A stretch of DNA of 64,000 nucleotides from Antedon mediterranea (lineage: Eukaryota > Animalia > Echinodermata): assembly GCF_964355755.1 (NCBI RefSeq), contig NC_092679.1:11763432-11827431 (forward strand), read 5' to 3'. Both the position numbers and the translations under genes were made by a program. Each line of letters begins with the position of its first letter. The stretch's first letter is position 1. The notes below the pieces were generated by a model. The model did no database searches. It was not told where the DNA came from and was given only the letters and a program-made list of their open reading frames with translations. Shown here piece by piece: positions 49,373-60,673 of the stretch.

Positions 49373-52300
49373 TTATGTGTCAAAAAAATCATCATTTTGC
49401 TGGTGTCCGTTTGACATATTAGCCCAGCCTTCATCATCATCTACATCACTATCTGTGTTAAGTGACTGTTGTTTTTTCCTACGTTCTGCACTGGTAATAG
49501 GATGGAATTTCTTAGCAGGACTGCTTCTTCCATCGTATATTCTTTCCGAGGATGTTGATTCTTTACTGACTGTTCTGTTGTTGCTATCATCAAGCCAAGA
49601 ATCATCTGTAACATTTAACAACAAGAAAAATAATAGAATGCCAAACTATGGCATTTATTGTATGGCATCAGGGTCAAAACCAGATTGCAGAGCTAGGAAA
49701 ACATTTCTCATTTTTGACAGTCAATATAAAATACTACTTTTGACATACTGTACTATCAACATTATTACTGAACTGAATAGTTTTAATAGATCTACTATAA
49801 TTTATATAATGGAAAGGCCTATGGTATAAGAGAAAGTGGTATATGTTCAGCCAAGTTTTTATGTAAGGTAATTATTGTATGCTTTTTATTAATTGTAACT
49901 TTGAATGATACTTGTCTTTTTTGGAAGGGTGCCATATAAATACCATATATTATTATTAAATATTATTATTAAGTTTGTAGATAAATCAAGTATCAAGCGT
50001 CATGTACCTGCATAAAACACTGTACAAAAAGATATTTTACTAACCATCATCATTGTTATACGTTTCATCTTTTTCAATATCGTAACTAAGTTCATCAGCT
50101 CCAATTTGGTTAAATTGTTTAGCTCTCTCCCTCACTTGCTTTGCCTTTGTTTCCCGTTGTCTCTGTTTCATCTTTATTTCTTCTTGTGCATGGGCTCTTT
50201 TGTTATCTGCACTCGACATCTTTTCACTTATCTTTAAATTTTTAGAAGAAAAATATATTCAACTTTGTTCTTTGATAATGAAACAATATCTTAAAATAAA
50301 AAAGAAAATATATCTCTATATAAAAATATGCTGGATAGTAAACAATAAAGTCTATTAAAGGATATAGTAGTTCTTTGAATTTGACTGCTTTTTAAATTAT
50401 TTAACAATATTGTTGATTTGGAAAGACATATGTTAATTTGTCTAGGAAAGGTTGATCAAAATTTGATTTGAATGACTGATAACCAACTAACTAAATAATA
50501 ATAACATTCAATCTAATACAGCGTAAAATGCAGGGCGCCTTTAACAGACAATGACTGAACAAGTATTACTCAAAGAATGACTCACCAACTAACCCAGTGA
50601 CTGATAACGAACTAACTCAAAGACAGCGTCAGTCATTGCAACCAACTAAACATAGTGATTGAATAAACAACCAAACTTAGTCAATGACTGACCAACTATA
50701 GACTTGCCCAAGTCTGTAGTTATTGTCTTTTTTATGTTAGTCCACCAGTCAGCGTTTCGATTTTTGTCTGAAAACTATAGACTTGTAAAACATATATAGA
50801 AATTGATTTGCAGACCATAAACATTAGATAAGAATGACAAAGGTTATCACCGTATTTGGCTATATGGGGTGGGAGGTATGTAAATATCATATACCAATGA
50901 TCAAATGATACGTACGATCAACAATTGTTGAAATATAAATTGTTTTAGTGTTGCCAGACTATCACTATCACCCAGACTAGGCCTCGTACTCGTATGAGCG
51001 AACTACCAAATAAAACACCAATATAGGTAGGCCTACTATACATACATTCCATTGGCATTAGCTACCACGCAGGGCAGGGTCTGGGTAGGAATTAATAAGA
51101 TCCATTCCAATCACTGTTTGATTTGCGAAGAAGCTAGCCTATCAATATACCTGTTCTTGGGGAAAATCTCATCAAAGATTTACCAGACCTAATCATTTCT
51201 AGCCTTCAAAAACTTTCATTATCACATCATCAATAAACGAGTTGGAGATCGTCGTGTACCAAAATGTACCTACTGTACGTGTGTGTCTACACATCGTCAA
51301 AATGTAACATGCACATGCGCATCATCTTAGTTATTGAATCTTTGAAATTTTTAAAAATGCATATTAAAATGTTTTTGATTGAGTAGTCAATTGCATGTGA
51401 CTGAACCAGGTAATCTTATGCTCCATAAATTCTTCTTGTCAAAACATTTTTGTACGCGTTTTCTTAGATGGAGTTTACGACCTCAATTTAATAGTATATG
51501 TATGAATGTGCCAAAATATTTATCGTACTGATTAGGTCAAAACTCCCTCTATAACAGACTAACAACTCAATCACCAGCTAACACGATCAATGACTATGAC
51601 AATTTCAGTTCCTGAATAGCCAAGAGACTAAAAAACTGAACTCATGATTAAATACCTGACTTATTGACAAATTAAACTGACTGAAAATGAGAATTAATTG
51701 GACAAACCTTATTTTTACTCTCTTCAACCATCTCTTTTTCATTAAATTCTTTGGCAGCTAAAATATCCTTTCTAAACCTCGAGGTTCTTTTGGCACTTTT
51801 AGCTCTTCCTTCAATTACCTGAAAAGATATTAGACAAACTACCCAAATTAACAACATTAAATTTTTATATTTTACATATTAATGGGTACAATAATACTAG
51901 TGCCAGGGTTCTAACTCATGAATCTTTCAACGTCACTCTTATAAGCCTCAAATGAGACTAGTTTATAAGCATGATAAATTATAAAATAGTTTATCCATCT
52001 TGTAATTGGCGAGTGAAGAACATACCTGTAACTGCCAATTGTGTGTTGTGCCTGTGTTGGTATACTTAAAGCCCCCTTCCCTACGTTTTTTAGATCTAAT
52101 TTAAGATCACAAACTATATTTAATGTAAAAATAATACTATATACTATACTATTGCGATAACTTTTTTGGTCTTTAAACGGTTAAAAATGTGAAAAATAAG
52201 TCGATTCTAATAATTATAGCGGCCCGCTATAAATCCCAAAATGCATTGCGCGCGGATTGATATTTTTGTTTTTCACCTGTAATTCGCCCACTTTTCGCTC

Positions 52301-55300
52301 GATCGTGAGCCCAAAACAAATGGAAGACTCCTAACTTTTCAGCGAAAATACCGGGTTTTCCCCAATTTGTATCAACGGAGTCTGGCAAAAATAGAAAGAC
52401 AGTTAATGCAGCAACTATACGTCAGGCTAGGTATATAGCTAGCGTATGATGTTCGTACATTACCGATGTTTACCAGCTAGGCCTACAAAACTAAGCCTAA
52501 CTAGGCTATGCCTAAGACCGTCCACGAGAGGTCGATCGCCGCGAGCTACTTAGGTAGTGCATTGTTTCTCACTTTTTATCATAATTTACCATAAAACGTA
52601 CATTTAAGACAAGGAATGACATGGTTTAATGTTTTTAAAGTGATATGTATTATTTTCCAAAAAACGTCCAAAATTGCAGGGAAGGGGTCTTTAACTAATG
52701 GTCACACTTCAGTGATTCTATTGTGATGGGTAGCAACACAAGCGCAACCATGTGGTTTATGCAAATTAGACCTAAATATGCTGTATGCTTGTACAGTGAT
52801 TAGTTCTTTTGTGATATATAGCTTGTTGAGTAAACACAAAAACCGCTTAGCCTGAAGGTGGACTGAGGTTTAGAGGCCTAGATTAACTTGGGTTTATTTA
52901 GAAGCTTAATGCTGAATGAACTCTAGTAGCTAGTAGTAAAGGCTTATGTAGCCCACAGCTACCTACTGTAGCATATATCTTTGGTAAGCACAGATACCTG
53001 TGTGTTGTATTCACTTTAAATGCCTATCATTATATAGTTGTGTAATATAGTAAGCAATGGTCATTTATATTGTATAATTTGCCTTATGACATTTCAGTTA
53101 TATTTCTGTCAGGCCTAATGCAGTTTATGTTAATTCTTAACAAAGTATGTTATTTAATTCATATTCATATTCATTTATTATCCAGAAAAATAAAACAAAA
53201 AATACAAAAAGCAAAAATTACATAGAACAACAACAAGGCAGGACACTATCCTGGCGGATTGTCAAAAGCAAAACAATCGCTATAAAAGACTCTCCTGATA
53301 GTGCTGGTGGCAAAATAACATTAACAAGGTTAAACATTTAACAACTCGGTAACATAGAATTTATATAAAACAGAATAAAAATTGCAATCATTATAAATAA
53401 ACATGTCTGTGATATATACCGGAATTGTAGTAAATCAGATCAATATATGGATATATGGAATGGATAGAAAGATAAAGATGGAAATAAAGTTTGCATTTGC
53501 AAGATATGAATATAATATAATAATTGTTTTTGTGCAGTTACAATACCTTTCTCCTTCTTTCTTCTGTGACTTGTTGTCTTTCTGCTAACAATTCAGCAGT
53601 CACCTTTGGAGGTGTCTGTTCTAGTTTCTAAAACAAAACAAATTATAATAATCATTAATGGATTTAATAATAAAAATTTAACAGTACTATATAACTGATA
53701 TAATTAATTAAACTTTTGAATAACAAAATAAACTAATTGAATTTCAGTTGAAAAATTTGAATTAATTACAATAATGTACAAGTTTCGGCATAAATAAACT
53801 AGGTGGACATACCAAAAGAAAATTCCAGTTGAAAAACCAGTTACAGCGAGTGAAATGGATAGTTTAACTTTAATTTGGTAACTGCCGGTTTACCGGTATA
53901 ACTGATTTATATAACTGACTCTGTGGGTCACATGGTGTGCAATAGTACTCACTATTGAATGATTGTTTAATAGTACTTTTTTCATGTACGAAAAAAAATC
54001 TTTTCGCATTTGGAAAATTTTTTTTTTATACTATTGCTTTTGAAATACAACAGCGCCACCTATATTTTGTACTTTCGCTGTGAATGTTATGACTGTTTCG
54101 CGATGGAAGTACATTTTTGGAGAGATATGTACTAATTTAGATCAAAGAGGCATTTAAATTAGCTTTAGATCGTTTGTAGGATTTTGATTAATTAATGGGA
54201 TTACAGTATATCTCTACGTTGGAAAAATCATAATTAGCCTAGATGAGTTCCAGTTGCCAGTGTTGAAGTTTCGTATTTAGTATATCTGCCTTTCAGCCTA
54301 GCTAGTAGGCTAGGTCTAGGCGTTTTAGCCTTGCTAGGTCTAGGATTGTTTGGTCGTTTGTTGACATAATTAACACTACAGTACTGTAGGTGTGTTTATG
54401 AAATCCATATAAATATAATATTTAATATTATTATTAAAAACCAAATTACCAACCAAGTTACTGTTTTAATCATTGTGAATCAAATTTAGGCCTTAGGCTA
54501 GGCCTACCTTTTATTTGATTTAATTTTCAGGAATCTATTTGGATGTTATATAAAATAAATAATGAATGTTTTGTCTTCGTGTAAAAGGTAAATAATGGCA
54601 TTTGGTGAATGATGAAAGCTTATATATCAACTCGGCTTCGTCTTGTTGAAATATAACCTTTCATCATCATTCACCTCATGCCATTATTTGTACCATTACA
54701 CAAATATAAAACATTAATTATTTGTATATTATTTCGTATTTTACTGTAAACATTTCCATTTGATTCCCATTTCAGTCAAAACCAGTAAAAAAACAGTTTA
54801 CAATCATATAATACATGCATTACAAGTGTCACTGTCAAACTGGAATTCTACAAGGGAGATGTATTACCTGTAGTAATCGCTTTGGAGGATGTCTTTTTAT
54901 GATGCTGTCTTGTTTTTCTTCATTATCTAAGACCACATCAAATGCCACACCTTTTGAATCTACAGTGCAGTTAATATGAAATCAAAAAACACATTTGGTT
55001 ATTAATTACAGAAAGTTACATTACAAATTGTTATACAAAATTGCTTTTAAGTTGTTGTGACATTTCTTCTTCAATTTGATAATAATGTATTGGTAATATT
55101 AAAAGAGGACTGAAAAAAGCCTGTCAAGTGGGGTATACACTGATTATGTATGATGTGTGTGTTACAGAATGCCAAAAAAACTACAAATAAAATATTGGGA
55201 AGAAGATAAAATTAAAACTTGTTTCAGATCATACACTTAGTGATGAAAGATTAACTGAATCATGCAAATTCACATTTACATGTTATTTTTTGGCTTACAC

Positions 55301-57717
55301 TACAGTAACTAATTTTTTTTTTTTTTTAATTACTTCAATGTACTGTATGAATACTGTAAACTGTAGCCTTGTAATTATTATCTAAGAAAGAGTCCATTTT
55401 ATTAATTTATTAATGTCATTTTAGCAATTTTTCTTATTGTTTAATAATATTTTTTTTTGTATTGTATGTGTTATTTGTCTGTGTTTGGTCCTCCTGTAAG
55501 GGTAAAACCTTGAATTTCCTGTTGGCTGGGAAAAGAAATACTATGTATATGTAACCTATCCTATTGAATAAAATTAACTAAATAATAAAGATAAAATAAT
55601 TAGAGTACACGGTTTTACACTAAAGAAACTTGAAAAATGATTTAGTTAAGACCGTATCAATGTCAATGTTATTTTTATCATTATCTGTATGTTGTGTTGT
55701 TGTATTAAATCAACAGAAACATTTAAATACAGTAAGAAATATATTACAGAGTACTTAATAACCTTTGCACAATAAATTGAAACTGACTTGTTGTTTTAAA
55801 TTGAACAAACAGTGGTAACCTTTAAATGCAAAAAGTATAAAAATAAGCAATTGTCATCAAGGATTGGTGAGTACACTGTAATCACTATGGACACTCTTTG
55901 TTGTATAAATTCTCATTTCCTACTGACGAGCACTAAATGTGATTGTAGAGTCTTATACTCTACTTATAGCTGATATTATGTAAACATCTCTATTGATTAG
56001 CACTTTAGAAACACCTGTACTTATCCTTAGCTAAAAATCATTTAGACGATATAAATTGAATTTATACAGGCTGAGTAAATTACTGTACTGATTCAAAATA
56101 TGATGATAAAATGACTTGCAAATTGTACTTAAAAACTCAGCTAAAATAATATCAGGCATCAATTTCAGATAAAATTTGTGGTTAAGAAATGTACAGTACA
56201 TTCAAAATGTGTTACAGTTACACATTTCACAGTAATATAATAACGAAATTTCTCTTAAAATAGTCAAATTGAATGGAGTTATTGTTAAATTATACTCTCC
56301 CCACACAGGTGTATAAATGAGTACCTTGGTCAGGACAATTGCACTGATTGTAGCTAAAATATTGGCGAGTGTATAGGCCTATGTTTCCATATGTGTTTGA
56401 TCAAAATAACTTTGGTATTAATGTGAAAGGTGTCATTTGAACATTGGAAACTGCGCTATGTAAATGAATACATTATTATCAATATACATTTTACACAATT
56501 ATTAATTGAATGTTAAAAAAAAATTATAATTTACATTTTTTTACAATTTAATAGAATACATGAAAATTTTCATGGACTGTCGACTAGGCAACGAAAGCAA
56601 TTTGTAATGTTTTTTTGTTATTACCTAACAGTTACATTATTAAATGCTGTTCAATGCTATTTTTAGAAGGTTATAAATATTAAAGCACCATGTAATCAAA
56701 CAGTATTAATGTACTTTAAGTCTACTTTGTACTACTTGCATAATTGCTGATTATTATGGTTAATAAGTGTGTGCCAGTCAAATGTAATTAAAGTTTTGAT
56801 GACATGAGTCGGGGAAAAAATCAATATAAGAAAAACCAATAAATTTTATTTAATGTCAGGAAAATTGAAATTCACTGATGGTAATGATGGTTTAAAGTAG
56901 GCCAGTTTATACTGTAAAATTACATAATTATTATAATCTTAGTTTTATAGATTGTTATTGGCAGGCATGCTAATTAATATATTTTATCAGAATATGGTTG
57001 GTTATATACTGTAATACGAATAAGATGATTTGCTGCAGTACGAAAAGAAATGATGCTGGTCGTTCTGACTTGGAGCAAAGGGGCATTTTTCATTGTATTG
57101 TTGTTTTAAATTGTCAAATTATATGAATAAGTGTCTTAACGATGTCCACCAAAAGCATGAAAATGAAGATAATCAGACTTTTAATAGGCCATTCTGCAAT
57201 TTTAAACAAAGTCCAGTACAAAATTTCAACCAAAAACTGGCAGACAATTTGACTATTTTTTTTCTTTAATTTAATAGTTTTTTTCAGGTTTTTCTTTTTT
57301 CTATGACATTAAAATGGCATATTCAAAAAAAAAATGTTCAGGCGGTCAATACATCTTTGAAATACCACCACCTGTATACAGTCTTATCTAATTATCATGA
57401 CCATAAAATAATGACTTACTTGGTATTAAGTTTGCTGATTGGGGTTGATGTCTTGACGTATTATCATTGTGCATTCTTCTGCGTTCATTTGTTTTACTTT
57501 TAGCACTGTCTATTCCGCTATCACGACAGGTTATCCTACTGCCTTCATTGTCATCACCATTTAATGATGAGTTGCTATCTTCTTCTTTATTATTGTTTGA
57601 TGTAATTATACAGCTTGAGGTTGTTTCAGTTGTATTAGCTTTTTTCTTCAAGTTTAAATTTGAGTTTGTATTTATATCAGTAGTTGAATCTGTAGCAGCT
57701 GAACTTCCACAACCCAT
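49373..57717 (-). CDS. Stathmin-domain / CCDC198(FAME)-like coiled-coil protein with N-terminal MGCGSS lipidation motif (333 aa)
   Basis: Phase-consistent GT-AG exons 57420-57717, 54868-54959, 53547-53627, 51708-51818, 50045-50231, 49373-49605 (1002 nt). Contains GVAFDVVL...SIIKRHPPKRLLQKLE, TAELLAERQQVTEERRRK and KMSSADNKR...AKQVRERAK. Family assignment is from recalled similarity. Confidence 0.8.
50699..51561. mobile_element. AcademH-like element copy 2 (intronic, diverged)
   Basis: TAGACTTGCCCAAGTCT...CAGACTA, colinear with 32547-33506; the TSD is degenerate. Confidence 0.7.
52070..52690. mobile_element. TTAA-targeting MITE (Kolobok-like)
   Basis: TTAA|AGCCCCCTTCCCT...AGGGAAGGGGTCT|TTAA. 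Confidence 0.8.
53941..54690. mobile_element. Interspersed repeat (Crypton-like), copy 2
   Basis: Colinear with 16951-17735. Confidence 0.6.
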
Positions 57718-58164
57718 TTTTTTTTTATATTATAATTTGTGACACAAACTAAAAGTTTCAGGATATGTTACTGTACATTTCCTTGAAATGTGAAAATCTG
57801 ATTTTGGTTGATTACAGTACGCCTAGTGTACATCAATCTGAAAAAGAAAACAAATTAGGCCTAGACTGGGTATATAAAGTTAATTGAAATAAATGCTTAA
57901 ATAAAAATAGATTGAAATTGTATTTTTTTAAAGGATGTGTAATTCAATAATAAATGCATTAATATTAAAAGTATACGCATTTCACTGAATTTTTAACCAT
58001 CTACTTTAGTTGCTCTTTTGGAGCGCAGTGTGCGAAAAACACGATATTTACGATAAGTTGAAAGGGAAACGAAATACTGTAGCATCGGAGTTTGTATTGA
58101 ACAATCTATTTAAACTTGTTTTTAACACTAACAGACTAAAAGGCCAAACAAATAATGTCTAAAA

Positions 58165-58395
58165 GTATCTAGGTTAGGTAGGCTAGTAGTAGGAGGACTA
58201 ATAGTAATATACAGCCTACCTAATAGGCCTACCTAGGCTATAGCCTATATAGGCTAAGCCTACGTAGGCCTAATTATCATAGCCTATATAGGCTAAGGCC
58301 TACTAGTCTAGGCCTAGCCTAGCTAGGCCTATGTATGCCTAGGCCTAGCTAGGCTAGGCCCTAGCTAGCTAGGACGGTAGGCTAGCCAGCTACAC
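58165..58395. repeat. Dense TAGGCCTA/TAGGCTA/TAGCCTA cluster upstream of the minus-strand CDS
   Basis: Non-periodic pile of overlapping TAGG(C)CTA motifs. Confidence 0.85.
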
Positions 58396-60673
58396 AACAC
58401 ATCATTATCTTTGATTTGCTACTTTCTTCTTTTTCGTTACAAAATAGTTTAGCTAGACCTACCTAAAGTATAGTATTAGTAGTAGGCATATAGCTGGTTA
58501 GTAAAAGTAGTGTAGTCGTCGTAATGTACATTTTAATTTTACACTGTATGCGTCTCAATTCATGCATCTGAGCTGTCACTTTTCTTGGACGAGAGTATCA
58601 GCAGTTCTGTTGGTACACGTCCACCAAGAAGGTACTACTACTGTTTGTGTAGGCGGTGTGTAGCACTAATTGGAATGTTCCATTCTATTTAGGAGAGAAA
58701 TACATAATATTTTATTGGACAGAAAAGGAACATAATTATGTATAATATATACTTTTAAATTATAATTTATTACTTTTATTAATTTAGATTAATTTCAAGA
58801 TTAGAAGGTAAATATATCAAGCTGAAATATCATAAGTTATTAGGCAATAGATAGACGTACTTACTCTTTTAAACTATAGACTATTCCAAAACTTCCCGTA
58901 GCAACCGTAGTTTGATATAGTTTTTGTGTACAATGATGTCATGGTCGAGAGGGCACGATCGATATTACAAGACATATTTGTAACAAAAAACGCCGCTCGA
59001 CATCTTAACGTAACAGTTTTAAAGATATATTTAATTTAATTTTTTTAGGGGCACAAATTATTTGAATATGTCATTTTAATAAATAATTACTTTGACCAAA
59101 AGCTGGATCGAAAAAAAAATCACTAGTAAACATTTTTTGTAACGTAAATATTGTGTGGCCTCTGTCATGTACAGAACAATAATAATCATAAACTAAACTG
59201 GTACTGTGAGTATAGTAGTTCACTTAACCACAGTAATATTACTGTGGCTCCTTTGAATTTAGACAATTCAAACCACTCAAGAAAATAATACCACAAGGTG
59301 GGCTATATCCAATACGTTTCAACTAAAAGTATATTTTCATGTATTTAGTGTATTCAAATATAAAAACTATTAGTGGAATACGATATTTAATTGACACTTT
59401 TGAAACAAAATATAAAAAGAATTCATACTTTGATATGTCATCATTTTGGAATTTAAATAAAAAAATAAAAATTACTGAATCTGTAAAAGATGATGTTATT
59501 GAATAATTTAAATAAAAATGATGTATAAATAATCATTAAAGTCAACAGTGATAAACGGCCAGTGAGACCATCTCCATGGTGAGACCCAAATGTGCTATAA
59601 AGGTGTATAAAGCTATTAAAGTGTGAACAAATTGTATCCTACAGTAATAAGATTTGAGCTTGGCATGGACTGTTTTGATAATAATTCAATGATTGTCTGA
59701 CGGCGAATTATTATAATATTCGCATAGATTATTTTTATTATTCAATGATTATTTGACAGTGAATTACTATAATACCGGCCTAGGTTGACAGCAAGAAAGT
59801 CATTATTTATTAAACAAGATTTTACAGATTACCGACACGCATCTTAATACTGGTATTTAATTATCAGCAAATGTTTTCATAGACTCTTTTCTCCCAGACG
59901 TGCTTTGGGGTTTGTGATTTTACAAAATTCAAAAGCTGTCGGTCTCTAAACTATAGCTTCCGCTTGATATAGCTTGGGAATATAGCTACCTAAAGGCGCG
60001 GTGCGAAAAATTATTTATTAAACTAACTAGCTAGTCAGTCATCATTGACTGAAACTTGAAAAAGAAAAGCTCTTTTTCAAATCTTCCAGAAATGTAGGTG
60101 TCCATACACTGTGTTGCAAAATTCCGACGATGATGGACGTGGATAAATGACTTTTGTAAAAATACACAAACTTTAGTCCAAATGAATGGGATTCCTAATT
60201 GATAATTATATTTTACTAACTGTGGAGCTTTTCGTCATCAGAGAATTAAGTAAAATCAGCAGATTTTTGCCGTCTGATGTGTAATTTTGTACATTGTAGC
60301 TAAGTAGGCCTATATTGACAAACTTTTTTGGGGGGACCCGGGGCAAACAACATCAGAGTAGGGCAAACATCTAACCAATTCCTAATTGAGAGCATCATGT
60401 GAAACTGAACTTGCCATAGACTCCTTCCTCTCAAGATATAGAAAATTATTATTGTCAAACCCCATTCTGCGTTTTGGGAATCATAAATCAATCAATGATG
60501 ATAATTTTAATGATGAGATTAATAGTAAAAAAGAGGGCGCTAGACCAACAATTATGTGTTCTGTGTTGTTTCTTTACAATTACAGCGACTAGAAATTGAT
60601 AGTTTCTGGTTTATCTAGCCTAATCTATTAAATTCATGAATCTTTTTTGGTGTTTGTAGTTCGGACGTTTATT

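Noticed and set aside
57030-57110. Possible extra exon of the minus-strand gene
   Set aside because: No convincing splice pair was found and the flanking exons already join in phase.
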